From positions 1,534 through 65,533 of the forward strand of contig JAGYJR010000001.1 in assembly GCA_018401995.1 (NCBI GenBank): a DNA stretch of 64,000 bases, written 5' to 3'. The translations under genes and the position numbers were made by a program. Position 1 is the stretch's first letter, and each line of letters begins with the position of its first letter. The notes beneath the pieces are model-generated. The model was not told the DNA's origin. It made no database searches and saw only the letters and a program-made list of their open reading frames with translations. This stretch comes from Flavobacterium sp. (GTDB lineage Bacteria; Bacteroidota; Bacteroidia; Flavobacteriales; Flavobacteriaceae). Of the stretch, positions 21,259 to 31,936 are shown in pieces.

Positions 21259-22149
21259 ATGAGAAAAATAATTGTTGCAATAATACTTACTTTTAGTATT
21301 GGAAAGAAAAGTCAAGCACAAATTACAGGAAATGACACCTTGGATATTATCAAAAAAACCTACAACCAACTATGGGAATTAGGAGATATTAATCAAAAAG
21401 GCACCTTTCGATTAGTATCCTATAAACCTATTTATGTAACGGCAGGAAGAATATCCAACAACCCGAATGAAAAACCAAAAAGCGAAAATCCTTTATACAC
21501 TGCTAATGATGCAGAAGATTTCAACACTATTGAAGCTAAATTCCAACTTAGTTTTAAAACAAAAGTGATTCAAGGCCTGTTTTGGAACAAAGGTGATGTC
21601 TGGATTGGATATACCCAACAAGCACATTGGCAAGTCTACAACAAGAATATTTCAAGAGCTTTTCGAGAAATCAATTATGAGCCCGAAATCATTTTCAGAT
21701 ACCCAATTCAACTAAAAGTAGTAGGAGGCGAAATTAAATCTATAGGTTTTGCATTAAATCATCAATCAAATGGAAGAGATTTACCACTATCAAGAAGTTG
21801 GAATAGAATTATATTCCACATTGGGTATGAAATAGACAATTGGATTATTACTTTTAATCCTTGGATTAGAACTAGTGACAATGAAGATGAAAATCCTAAT
21901 ATTACTAAATTCATAGGAAATGGTGAAATTAATATTTCATACAATTACAACAGACATGAATTTTACGCAATAGCTACGCACCCTTTTAACCAATTAAGAG
22001 GCGGAAGTATTCAGCTCAATTATGTTTTTCCTATGAAAGGTCACTTGAGAGGTCATATTCAGTTTTTTAATGGATATGGAGAAACCTTAATTGATTACAA
22101 CCACAGACAAACGACTATTGGAATTGGAGTTTCTTTTGCAAATTGGTAA
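21259..22149 (+). CDS. pldA: Outer-membrane phospholipase A
   Basis: KFQLSFK, FREINYEPE, HQSNG, SRSWNR and GYGETLIDYN motifs. Confidence 0.92.
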   Translation: MRKIIVAIILTFSIGKKSQAQITGNDTLDIIKKTYNQLWELGDINQKGTFRLVSYKPIYVTAGRISNNPNEKPKSENPLYTANDAEDFNTIEAKFQLSFKTKVIQGLFWNKGDVWIGYTQQAHWQVYNKNISRAFREINYEPEIIFRYPIQLKVVGGEIKSIGFALNHQSNGRDLPLSRSWNRIIFHIGYEIDNWIITFNPWIRTSDNEDENPNITKFIGNGEINISYNYNRHEFYAIATHPFNQLRGGSIQLNYVFPMKGHLRGHIQFFNGYGETLIDYNHRQTTIGIGVSFANW

Positions 22150-22150
22150 A

Positions 22151-23713
22151 TCAACAATTCAAACTTTCTGCAATCTTTAAAGCACATTTTTCTCCATCAA
22201 TGGCAGCCGAAATAATACCTCCTGCATAACCAGCACCTTCTCCACAAGGATATAAACCTTTTATTTGAACGTGTTCTAATGAAAAATTATCTCTTGGAAT
22301 ACGAACTGGTGAGGAAGTTCTACTTTCTGGCGCATGTAAAATAGCTTCATTTGTCATGTAGCCTTTCATAGATTTTCCAAATTGCACAAAACCTTCGCGC
22401 ATAATTTGGGTTAAAAAACCTGGAAAAACTTGTCCCATTTCAACCGATATAGTACCAGGAACATAAGACGTTTTGGGAATATCCTTTGAAACTTTATTTT
22501 GAGTAAAATCAATCATTCGTTGCGCTGGCACTTTTTGAGTTTCACCTGCCAAATGCCATGCTTTTTGTTCAATTGCCTTTTGAAATTCCATTCCCGCTAA
22601 AGGGCCAAATTTTTCGTACGGCTTAAAATCTTCTAATTTCAGTTCAACAACGATTCCTGAATTAGCAGTAGCTTGGTCTCGTTTGGAAGGCGACCAACCA
22701 TTGGTAACTACTTCGCCTGGAGCGGTAGCACAAGGCGCAATTACACCACCCGGACACATACAAAACGAATACATGCCACGACCATTCACTTGTTTGACAA
22801 TAGAATACGGAGCTGGCGGTAAATAATCGCCTCTAAAATCGCAGGAATATTGAATTTGGTCAATTAATTCTTGTGGATGTTCTGCACGAACACCTAAAGC
22901 AAAAGGTTTCGCTTCAATATGAACACCTTTTTTATGCAATAATTCAAAAATATCACGAGCGGAATGTCCCGTTGCTAAAATGACTTTATTTGACGAAATC
23001 ACATCACCATTTTGTATGACAACACCTTGCATTTCGTTATTTTTGATTACGAAATCAGTCACTCGTGTTTCAAACAACACTTGTCCACCACATTCGATAA
23101 TTTTCTCTCGAATATCCTGAATAATTTGTGGCAATTTATTAGTTCCAATATGCGGATGTGCTTCCACCATAATTTCGGGAGTAGCGCCAAAACCTACTAA
23201 AAGTGCCAAAACTCTGTCTACATCGCCACGTTTTTTGGAACGTGTGTATAATTTTCCATCGGAATAGGTTCCTGCACCGCCTTCGCCAAAACAATAATTG
23301 GAATCTTCATTTACAATACCATCGCGATTGATGGCTTTCAAATCACGTCGACGACCACGAACATCTTTTCCTCTTTCTAAAACTATAGGTTTTAAACCTA
23401 ATTCAATCAATTGCAAAGCTGCAAATAATCCAGCTGGGCCTGCTCCTACTACAATTACTTCTTGTTTATTGGCAACATTTGGATAATCTGGTAATTCTAT
23501 TTTCGACTCAACAAATGCCTCACCAACCAAAAACACATTAGCTTTAATATTTATTTTTATAGCTTTCTGACGCGCATCAATCGAACGTTTAACAACTACT
23601 ACCTTTTGAATTTCTTTTGGACTAACCTGAAATAACTTTGCAACATGTTGGGCCAACAAATTTTCATTAGCAGCTACTTCGGGTGAAACTTGAAATTGAA
23701 ATTCACGTGGCAT
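22151..23713 (-). CDS. NAD(P)/FAD-dependent oxidoreductase
   Basis: GAGPAG, FGEGGAGTYSDGKL, FCMCPGG and GEGAGYAGGI motifs. ATG at 23713 (MPREF). Confidence 0.88.
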   Translation of the reverse strand: MPREFQFQVSPEVAANENLLAQHVAKLFQVSPKEIQKVVVVKRSIDARQKAIKINIKANVFLVGEAFVESKIELPDYPNVANKQEVIVVGAGPAGLFAALQLIELGLKPIVLERGKDVRGRRRDLKAINRDGIVNEDSNYCFGEGGAGTYSDGKLYTRSKKRGDVDRVLALLVGFGATPEIMVEAHPHIGTNKLPQIIQDIREKIIECGGQVLFETRVTDFVIKNNEMQGVVIQNGDVISSNKVILATGHSARDIFELLHKKGVHIEAKPFALGVRAEHPQELIDQIQYSCDFRGDYLPPAPYSIVKQVNGRGMYSFCMCPGGVIAPCATAPGEVVTNGWSPSKRDQATANSGIVVELKLEDFKPYEKFGPLAGMEFQKAIEQKAWHLAGETQKVPAQRMIDFTQNKVSKDIPKTSYVPGTISVEMGQVFPGFLTQIMREGFVQFGKSMKGYMTNEAILHAPESRTSSPVRIPRDNFSLEHVQIKGLYPCGEGAGYAGGIISAAIDGEKCALKIAESLNC

Positions 23714-23753
23714 AGTTTTGGAATTTTGGATATTCAGATTTTCGGCAAATATA

Positions 23754-24812
23754 CTACTTGATTTTTGATTTTTCCTCAAAAGCGCGTAAGGCAAATGATG
23801 CCAACCAATGTTCGCCTTCGTAATTTCCGTCTACGATTGATGGTAATGAAAACAACAAATGCGTATCAGCAACAGATTTTAAGTGAGAAAATTCCTTTGG
23901 AAACTTTTGGGTTAATTGGTATAAATTCCAAGCTCTACTAAAATTCAAACCATCTAAATGCACCAAATGACCATCGGTTCTATCCGAAACTCGAGCCACT
24001 TCCCATTGCCATTTTTTGGAAAACAATTGTGGAGTAAACTTTTTTAACCAAATCAGGAACTCTTTTTCAGGTAAAATGCGTTGCATCAAACCGATTTCTT
24101 CCATACAAGGCGATAAAAAATCAGTACCGCTGGGTTCCCAATTCATTGGACAATTAATATCATTTAGAAATAATCGAATAGCATTTTCTTTTATGCTATT
24201 TTGAAGATGGCTATTTTTGGAATAAACCGCGTAATCCCAAGCATAAGATAAACCAAAAGCAGTATTATTATGCGTTCCAGCTCGAACGGGATACAAAAGT
24301 TTGGGTAAAAATTCGATATAACGCGCAATGATTAAATCAGTTAAAGGTTTTAAATTTTGAGCTAATGGTTTTGTAAAAGGTTCTTTGGAAATTTCCAATT
24401 CGTGTTGCAATTTGAGTAGCCAATTCCAACCGTAAGTGCGTTCGTATGATTTTTCATGAGGTTTTGAAAAATAACGGATTTCTTCGGCTATATTTTCTGG
24501 TGAAAGATTGATAGTGAGTTTTTCGATGATTTCCTTTTTATTAGACAAATTGGGAAAATGATTCAACAAATACACCAAACTCCAATGACCATGAACAGAA
24601 GAATGCCAATCAAAACAACCGTAAAAAGCAGGATGCAAAGTCTTAGGTGAAAGTAATTCCGTTTCGTATAAAAGCAATTGATTCAATTTATTGGGATACT
24701 CTTGTTGCAAACACTTGATAGGCAAACTAGCTAAATGATTAGCTTGTTCCAATGTTAATTGTTGCGAATAAGAAAAACTTCCAATAAAAAGTAGTGTATA
24801 TAAAAATTTCAT
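23754..24812 (-). CDS. DUF2891 family protein
   Basis: HPAFYGCFDWHSSVHGHW, HLDGLNFSRAW and YEGEHWLASFA motifs. Confidence 0.85.
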   Translation of the reverse strand: MKFLYTLLFIGSFSYSQQLTLEQANHLASLPIKCLQQEYPNKLNQLLLYETELLSPKTLHPAFYGCFDWHSSVHGHWSLVYLLNHFPNLSNKKEIIEKLTINLSPENIAEEIRYFSKPHEKSYERTYGWNWLLKLQHELEISKEPFTKPLAQNLKPLTDLIIARYIEFLPKLLYPVRAGTHNNTAFGLSYAWDYAVYSKNSHLQNSIKENAIRLFLNDINCPMNWEPSGTDFLSPCMEEIGLMQRILPEKEFLIWLKKFTPQLFSKKWQWEVARVSDRTDGHLVHLDGLNFSRAWNLYQLTQKFPKEFSHLKSVADTHLLFSLPSIVDGNYEGEHWLASFALRAFEEKSKIK

Positions 24813-24871
24813 GACGCGAATAGTTTTTTCAAATGTACTAAAAACTTACCTTTGATTTTTATTTCGAAAAG

Positions 24872-25108
24872 ATGAACAAAAAAATAAAATTGATTTGGGA
24901 TTTTAGAGGAGAAGCCGCAGCAAAAACAGCCGAACACCACGAAATTCACTTAAAAGAGTTTTTAGAAACTGGAAAATATGCACTCCAAATTACCGGTTTT
25001 GAATTACGAAACGAAATGCACGCTATTGCATTTTTGGTCGTGGAAGAACAAGATATGATAAAATTCAGAGATGCTTTAAAACCACATCGAGGCGAAGTTT
25101 ATGAATAA
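24872..25108 (+). CDS. Small hypothetical protein
   Basis: Clean ORF (IWDFRG...LKPHRG) followed by a terminator at about 25109-25132. Confidence 0.75.
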   Translation: MNKKIKLIWDFRGEAAAKTAEHHEIHLKEFLETGKYALQITGFELRNEMHAIAFLVVEEQDMIKFRDALKPHRGEVYE

Positions 25109-25167
25109 AAAAAGGAGCAAATTGCTCCTTTTATACTGATAACCAAAAACTGAAAACCGTCAACAAA

Positions 25168-25935
25168 CTAAGCTGCATCTTTTTCTTCTACAACTTCTTC
25201 TGCTGGAGCAGTTTCTTCTTTATTTTCCGTTGGGTTTAATTGTTTTATTTTATCTAATAAAGATTCATCAGTGATGTTTTCTTCTTTCATTTTTTGTTTT
25301 TACAACGCTGACACAATTACGACTTTGGTTTCGTATGCATGGGCTTCGGCAACTGTTCCATTTAAACGGTCGCTATTTCGAATAGTGTAACAATCCTCGT
25401 AAATATGATATTTTCCTCCTCCTTTGGTATAATACACATTATTCGTTCCTGTTAAAGCTTCTACCAAGTTTGTTTCTTCGGTGTATTTTTCAACTGATGG
25501 TGGATTAAAATCCGCCCCACTAATTCCAGCAATTACCATGGCAATACCTGCAATACTCCCTAAAATCGCTTTTTGTTTTCCACTAATGTTTTTATTAGTT
25601 AAAATTACTATTACCAAAGGTAAAAAAGCAATAACAGCAACTACAACTCCTAATTGACTTTGCATAAAAAAAAGAAAACCATTTTTTTCCGAAGCTGGAT
25701 CTAAACGATTTGATTTTTTCCAAAGCATAGAACCTATAATAGCAAGAATTAAATCCACAACTATAAGTCCGATGACCCAAGCCATGAAGTTTTCACTCTG
25801 TTTTCTTAACATAATAATAGCTGCAACTTGAGCAACTATTGCACCAACCCATAACAAAGCAGCAAATAATCTAAGCTGAGTCGCTTTTCCTTTTGCTTCT
25901 TCAGTGGGTTTCCATACTTTTTGATTTTCTGACAT
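25168..25935 (-). pseudogene. Membrane protein with a putative C-terminal metal-binding motif, interrupted near 25300
   Basis: Four TM helices, then YHIYEDC. After the TAA at 25300-25302 the same frame continues KQKMKEENITDES...EKDAA* to 25168, and LCQRC lies in a shifted frame across the break. Confidence 0.55.
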
Positions 25936-26062
25936 AGTAGAATTTTGTTTAAAGTTTAACACAAATTAACAAAAAAAAAATTGAATAATTTACTTCAAAT
26001 TAAAAAATCCAAATCCCAAAAAATATTGGAATTTGGATTTCTATATACTTTGAACGTTATCT

Positions 26063-26123
26063 TGTCATTCCGAACTTGCGATGAATCTCCTACGAAATAG
26101 GTGATTTTTGAGCGGAGCGAAAA
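26063..26123 (+). repeat. TGTCATTCCG-type double-hairpin REP-like element
   Basis: TGTCATTCCG-N8-ATGAATCTCCTACGAAATAGG...TTTGAGCGGAGC; homologous to the elements at 38284 and 51282. Confidence 0.75.
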
Positions 26124-26167
26124 CGATTACCCTTGATTCTTGAAATTGAACTTGTCCTTGAACTTGA

Positions 26168-28363
26168 TTAATTCGCCACTTCACTGATAAATTTAATTCG
26201 CATCAAACGTAACTCTTCAGTGTCGTAATCGCCTTCAAATTCTTTTAGTGCCAAATCAATTTTATCCGATTCAGAATCCATAAAATAATCATGAATTTCT
26301 TCTTGCTGGTCTTCATCTAAAATATCATCTACCCAATATTTGATATTCAACTTAGTTCCCGAATATACAATTTGTTCCATTTCTTTCAATAAATCATCCA
26401 TCGATAATCCTTTAGCTTTGGCAATATCATCCAATCCTAACTTTCTATCTACATTTTGAATGATATACAGTTTCAAACTTGAATTGGCTCCTGTAGATTT
26501 TACTACTAAATCATCTGGACGAATAATATCGTTATCTTCTACATAACGAGCAATTAAGTCTACAAATTCTTTTCCGTATTTTTTAGCTTTACCTTCTCCA
26601 ACACCGTGAATACTTCCTAATTCATCAATAGTAACAGGATATTTAAGCGACATATCTTCCAAAGAAGGATCTTGGAATACTACAAACGGCGGAACACCTA
26701 ATTTTTTAGCGACTTTTTTACGCAAATCTTTCAACATCGTCATTAACGCTTCATCAGTAGTCCCTGATGATTTTGCTGCTGCAACAATTAAATCGTCTTC
26801 AGCTTCACTATATTCGTGATCTTCCGACATCAGAAAAGAAGTTGGATTTTTAATAAAATTTAACCCTTTCTCCGAAATTTTTATCACGCCATACGTTTCA
26901 ATATCTTTTTGAATCATTCCAGTTACCAATACCTGACGAATTAAAGCCATCCAAAAACGTTCATCATGTGAGGCACCTTTACCGAAATACGGTTGTAGGT
27001 CAATTTTATGCGCTTTAATAATAGCATTTACTTTACCCATTAAGGCTAAAATAATTTCTTTGCCTTTAAATTGTTCTTTGGTATCGCGAATAACTTCAAG
27101 CAATATTTTTACTTCGTCTTTGGCTTCTACCTTTTTCTTAGGATGACGAATATTATCATCCATATCAGCGCCTTCACCATTTACTTCGTCAAATTCTTCT
27201 CCGAAATAATGCAATAAATATTTTCGTCTCGACATAGAAGTTTCAGCATAGGCTACTACTTCTTGCAATAAGGCGAACCCAATCTCTTGTTCGGCTACTG
27301 GTTTGCCTGACATAAATTTTTCTAGCTTTTCAATATCCTTATACGAATAATAAGCCAAGCAATGTCCTTCTCCTCCATCACGTCCTGCTCTACCGGTTTC
27401 TTGATAATAGCTCTCTAATGATTTTGGAATATCGTGATGAATAACAAAACGTACATCGGGTTTGTCAATTCCCATACCAAATGCAATAGTAGCTACAACC
27501 ACATCTACATCTTCCATGAGGAACATATCTTGATGTTTGGATCTAGTTTTGGCATCCAAACCAGCATGATAAGGCACAGCACTAATGCCATTCACTTGTA
27601 ATAACTGGGCAATTTCTTCTACTTTTTTTCGACTCAAACAGTAAATAACGCCTGATTTTCCTTTATTCTGTTTGATAAAACGAATAATATCAGAATCTAC
27701 ATTTTTAGTTTTTGGACGTACTTCGTAAAATAAATTGGGACGATTAAAAGACGCTTTGAAAGTATTAGCATTAGGCATATCCAAGTTTTTCAAGATATCT
27801 TCTTGTACTTTTGGAGTTGCCGTAGCTGTTAAGCCAATAATAGGAATATCACCTAATTGCTTAATTATATTTCTTAAATTTCTATACTCGGGACGAAAAT
27901 CATGACCCCATTCAGAGATACAATGCGCTTCGTCTATAGCAACAAAAGATAATTTTACAGACTTTAGAAACTGAATGTATTCTTCTTTGGTTAAAGATTC
28001 CGGAGCCACATACAACAACTTGGTCAAGCCAGAAGCAATATCGCTTTTCACTTGATTGACTTCCGTTTTATTTAAAGAAGAATTCAAAACATGAGCTATT
28101 CCGTTCTCGGAACTCAAACTTCTTATGGCGTCTACTTGGTTTTTCATCAAGGCAATCAGCGGCGAAACAACGATTGCTGTTCCTTCAAGCACCAAAGCAG
28201 GAAGCTGGTAACACAATGATTTACCACCACCAGTAGGCATTATCACAAAAGTATTATTACCCTTGATGATACTCCCAACTACTTGTTCTTGAAGACCTTT
28301 GAATTGGCTAAACCCAAAATATTTTTTTAATTCTTTGTGTAAATCAATTTCGTTCGGATTCAT
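26168..28363 (-). CDS. recQ: RecQ DNA helicase
   Basis: MPTGGGKSLCYQ, DEAHCISEWGHDFRP and YYQETGRAGRDG motifs; RQC and HRDC regions. Confidence 0.95.
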   Translation of the reverse strand: MNPNEIDLHKELKKYFGFSQFKGLQEQVVGSIIKGNNTFVIMPTGGGKSLCYQLPALVLEGTAIVVSPLIALMKNQVDAIRSLSSENGIAHVLNSSLNKTEVNQVKSDIASGLTKLLYVAPESLTKEEYIQFLKSVKLSFVAIDEAHCISEWGHDFRPEYRNLRNIIKQLGDIPIIGLTATATPKVQEDILKNLDMPNANTFKASFNRPNLFYEVRPKTKNVDSDIIRFIKQNKGKSGVIYCLSRKKVEEIAQLLQVNGISAVPYHAGLDAKTRSKHQDMFLMEDVDVVVATIAFGMGIDKPDVRFVIHHDIPKSLESYYQETGRAGRDGGEGHCLAYYSYKDIEKLEKFMSGKPVAEQEIGFALLQEVVAYAETSMSRRKYLLHYFGEEFDEVNGEGADMDDNIRHPKKKVEAKDEVKILLEVIRDTKEQFKGKEIILALMGKVNAIIKAHKIDLQPYFGKGASHDERFWMALIRQVLVTGMIQKDIETYGVIKISEKGLNFIKNPTSFLMSEDHEYSEAEDDLIVAAAKSSGTTDEALMTMLKDLRKKVAKKLGVPPFVVFQDPSLEDMSLKYPVTIDELGSIHGVGEGKAKKYGKEFVDLIARYVEDNDIIRPDDLVVKSTGANSSLKLYIIQNVDRKLGLDDIAKAKGLSMDDLLKEMEQIVYSGTKLNIKYWVDDILDEDQQEEIHDYFMDSESDKIDLALKEFEGDYDTEELRLMRIKFISEVAN

Positions 28364-28446
28364 TCTCTATTAATATGATTTTACCTAAATTTGCAAACAT
28401 AAAGATACAATTTTCTTTAAAATAACAAAACATTAATTTCAATACT

Positions 28447-29412
28447 TTGAACACAACGAAAAACATTCTAGAAGCTGCCAAAAGAACCATTTTGGAAGAA
28501 AGCGAAAGCATAGCAAATTTAGTCCATTATTTAACGGACGACTTTGCCGCTTGTGTACAATTAATCATGGATACAAACAACCGATTGGTAGTAACAGGAA
28601 TTGGAAAGAGTGCTATCATTGCTCAAAAAATAGTAGCCACACTAAACTCTACCGGAACACCTTCTTTGTTTTTACACGCAGCAGAAGCTGTTCATGGCGA
28701 CTTAGGAATGGTGCAAAAAGGAGATGTTATTATTTGCATTTCAAAAAGCGGGAATAGTCCTGAGATTAAAGTATTGGTCCCATTACTAAAACGCTTTGGA
28801 AACACCTTAATTGGAATGACAGCTGATAAAAATTCGTTTTTAGGAAAAGAATCACACCATATTCTTCATGCATTTGTGGAAAAAGAAGCTTGTCCAAATA
28901 ATTTAGCACCTACCAATAGCACCACAGCACAATTGGTATTAGGTGACGCTTTGGCCGTTGCCTTAATGGAAGCCCGAAATTTCAAAAGTGAAGATTTTGC
29001 CTTATATCATCCAGGTGGTGCATTAGGTAAAAAATTATTACTTCGTGTGAAAGACATGCTTGATACAACACATCGTCCAGCGGTACTTCCTACAGCCAGC
29101 ATAAAGGAAGTGATTATGGAAATTTCCGAAAAACGCCTTGGTGTTACTGCAGTTTTAGAAAACAATAAAGTCATTGGAATAATTACAGATGGTGATATTC
29201 GAAGAATGTTGAACAACAATGACAGTTTTACTCATTTAGTAGCAACAGATATTATGACCAAAAATCCAAAAAATATCAGTTCAGAAACCATGGTTGTAGA
29301 TGCATTAAATATTTTGGAAAACAATGCGATAACACAATTGGTTGTTATTGACAACGAAAAGTACCAAGGAATTTTACACTTACACGACATTTTAAAAGAA
29401 GGAATTGTATAA
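28447..29412 (+). CDS. kdsD: Arabinose-5-phosphate isomerase, KpsF/GutQ family
   Basis: TGIGKS, EAVHGDLG, EACP.NLAPT and HPGGALG motifs; C-terminal CBS pair. Confidence 0.9.
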   Translation: MNTTKNILEAAKRTILEESESIANLVHYLTDDFAACVQLIMDTNNRLVVTGIGKSAIIAQKIVATLNSTGTPSLFLHAAEAVHGDLGMVQKGDVIICISKSGNSPEIKVLVPLLKRFGNTLIGMTADKNSFLGKESHHILHAFVEKEACPNNLAPTNSTTAQLVLGDALAVALMEARNFKSEDFALYHPGGALGKKLLLRVKDMLDTTHRPAVLPTASIKEVIMEISEKRLGVTAVLENNKVIGIITDGDIRRMLNNNDSFTHLVATDIMTKNPKNISSETMVVDALNILENNAITQLVVIDNEKYQGILHLHDILKEGIV

Positions 29413-30233
29413 TGGCTAAGAAACCTGCAAACGAAATGTCTTTTTTAGACCACTTAGAAGAACTAAGATGGTTGCTTATTCGCTGTACAATTGCTATATT
29501 AATTGGGGCAACTGTAGCGTTTTTTTTCAGTGATTTTATTTTCGATCAAATTTTATTTGGCCCTAAAAATCCTGATTTTATTACCTATCGCATTTTCTGT
29601 GATTTATCGCAAGAATTCGGTCTAGACAAAAGCTTGTGCGTAACGGAAATTCCCATGCGTATTCAAAGTAGAGAAATGGGCGGACAGTTTTCAGCACACA
29701 TGTGGACATCTATCACGGCAGGATTTATTGTTTCTTTCCCCTTTATCCTTTACTTTTTTTGGAATTTTATCAGCCCAGCATTATACCAAAACGAGAAGAA
29801 GTATGCACGTGCATTCGTCATTATAGCATCCTTGCTGTTTTTTATTGGAGTGCTGTTTGGATATTATTTAATTGCACCACTTTCAGTCAATTTTCTTTCT
29901 AATTACAATGTAAGTAAAGAAATTTTCAATGATATTGATTTGGCTTCATACATTAGTTTATTGCGCTCTTCAACAGTAGCATGTGGAATATTTTTTGAGT
30001 TACCGGTAATTATTTACTTTTTAACTAAAATAGGTCTAGTAACTCCAACATCCCTGAGAACGTATAGGAAATATGTTTTAATTATTGTACTAATTTTGTC
30101 CGCAATTATCACACCTCCAGACGTATTGAGTCAAGTTATTGTGGCAATTCCTATTATGATATTATACGAATTAAGCATATTAATAAGTGTAGTTGTACTA
30201 AAAAACAAAGAAAAAGAAATTATAAAAACCTAA
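29412..30233 (+). CDS. tatC: Twin-arginine translocase subunit TatC
   Basis: HLEELR, FISPALY, FELP and ITPPD motifs. Confidence 0.95.
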   Translation: MAKKPANEMSFLDHLEELRWLLIRCTIAILIGATVAFFFSDFIFDQILFGPKNPDFITYRIFCDLSQEFGLDKSLCVTEIPMRIQSREMGGQFSAHMWTSITAGFIVSFPFILYFFWNFISPALYQNEKKYARAFVIIASLLFFIGVLFGYYLIAPLSVNFLSNYNVSKEIFNDIDLASYISLLRSSTVACGIFFELPVIIYFLTKIGLVTPTSLRTYRKYVLIIVLILSAIITPPDVLSQVIVAIPIMILYELSILISVVVLKNKEKEIIKT

Positions 30234-30238
30234 AAAAA

Positions 30239-30589
30239 ATGGCAGATTTAGTAAAAGAATTCAACGATTATCGCGCTAAAATGAACGATAAATTATTGGC
30301 CGATAACAATAAAATTGTAAAACGAATTTTTAATTTAGACACCAATGCTTATGCCGAAGGCGCTTTAGATGTAAAAACGAAAGAACTTTTAGGATTAGTA
30401 GCTTCAGCTGTTTTGCGTTGCGACGATTGCATCAAATACCATTTAGAAACTTCTTATAAAAATGGAATTACTAAAGAAGAAATGATGGAGGCTATGGGAA
30501 TTGCCACTCTAGTAGGTGGAACTATCGTGATTCCACACTTGCGAAGAGCTTACGAATTTTGGGAAGCACTAGAAGAGCAAACTAAATAA
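30239..30589 (+). CDS. Carboxymuconolactone decarboxylase/AhpD family protein
   Basis: LDVKTKEL...CDDCIKYH motif. Confidence 0.88.
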   Translation: MADLVKEFNDYRAKMNDKLLADNNKIVKRIFNLDTNAYAEGALDVKTKELLGLVASAVLRCDDCIKYHLETSYKNGITKEEMMEAMGIATLVGGTIVIPHLRRAYEFWEALEEQTK

Positions 30590-30675
30590 TTGTTAAAAGA
30601 TAAATTGTTAAATTGTTTATTCGTTTATTTGTAAATCGATTAAACAATTCAACTTCTAAACATTTAAACCTTAGA

Positions 30676-31416
30676 ATGAAATTAAGAGCAGAAAATTTAG
30701 TCAAGACCTACAAGAAAAGAAGTGTGGTAAAAGGAATTTCCGTTGAAGTAAATCAAGGAGAAATCGTAGGTTTATTGGGACCAAATGGAGCTGGAAAAAC
30801 AACTTCTTTCTACATGATTGTGGGCTTGGTAAAACCAAATAGCGGCAATATTTATTTAGACGATATGAATATTACCGATTTCCCTATGTACAAAAGAGCT
30901 CAACATGGTATAGGTTATTTGGCTCAAGAAGCTTCAGTTTTCAGAAAATTAAGTATAGAAGATAATATTCTAAGTGTATTGCAATTAACCACGCTTTCAA
31001 AAGAAGCACAAATTGCCAAAATGGAAGAATTGATTGCTGAATTTTCATTGGAACACATTCGCACCAATAGAGGCGACTTACTTTCTGGAGGAGAAAGACG
31101 AAGAACAGAAATTGCTCGCGCATTGGCAACAGATCCAAAATTCATTTTATTGGACGAACCATTTGCAGGAGTTGACCCAGTTGCAGTAGAAGATATTCAA
31201 AGAATTGTTGCCCAATTAAAAAATAAAAACATCGGGATTTTAATTACCGATCATAACGTACAAGAAACTTTAGCAATTACCGATAAAACCTACTTAATGT
31301 TTGAAGGAGGCATTCTGAAGGCAGGAAAACCAGAAGAATTGGTAGAAGACGAAATGGTAAGACGTGTGTACCTCGGACAAAATTTCGAGTTGCGAAAAAA
31401 GAAATTAGAATTCTAA
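30676..31416 (+). CDS. lptB: LPS export ABC ATPase LptB
   Basis: GPNGAGKTT, LSGGERRRTEIAR, DEPFAGVDP and ITDHNV motifs. Confidence 0.95.
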   Translation: MKLRAENLVKTYKKRSVVKGISVEVNQGEIVGLLGPNGAGKTTSFYMIVGLVKPNSGNIYLDDMNITDFPMYKRAQHGIGYLAQEASVFRKLSIEDNILSVLQLTTLSKEAQIAKMEELIAEFSLEHIRTNRGDLLSGGERRRTEIARALATDPKFILLDEPFAGVDPVAVEDIQRIVAQLKNKNIGILITDHNVQETLAITDKTYLMFEGGILKAGKPEELVEDEMVRRVYLGQNFELRKKKLEF

Positions 31417-31486
31417 AAAACGAAAAATCTCAATCAAAACGATTGAGATTTTTCTTTGGTAAAAAACAAAAACAAAAAACAAAAAT

Positions 31487-31936
31487 TTACATTCGGAAGT
31501 ACTTTTTTGGAACGTTCAACATCCCAAAACACTCACCTTCTTCTTTTCCTAAATGTTTATGATGTACTTTATGAGCTTTTCGTAAGCCAACTAAATATTT
31601 ATTTTTAGTATTCTTAAACCATTTAAATCGCTGATGAATTAAAACATCATGAATTAAAAAATAAGCTATTCCATAAAGTAAAATCCCTAATCCAATGAAG
31701 AACAAATAATTCAATTCGGGTTGCACACCATAATAAAACAGCATGATACTTGGAATAGCGAAAATGGCAAAAAAAGCATCATTTTTTTCAAAAATCCCTT
31801 GGTATTTTGGTTGGTGATGGTCTTCGTGTAAATACCATAAAAAACCATGCATTACAAACTTATGTGTACACCAAGTAACCATTTCCATTACTAAAAAAGT
31901 AACAAGTGTAGTTCCTATAAATAATAAAATTTCCAT
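31487..31936 (-). CDS. crtZ: Beta-carotene hydroxylase
   Basis: His boxes HKFVMH, HEDHH, HDVLIH and HKVHH; FEKND motif. Confidence 0.92.
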   Translation of the reverse strand: MEILLFIGTTLVTFLVMEMVTWCTHKFVMHGFLWYLHEDHHQPKYQGIFEKNDAFFAIFAIPSIMLFYYGVQPELNYLFFIGLGILLYGIAYFLIHDVLIHQRFKWFKNTKNKYLVGLRKAHKVHHKHLGKEEGECFGMLNVPKKYFRM

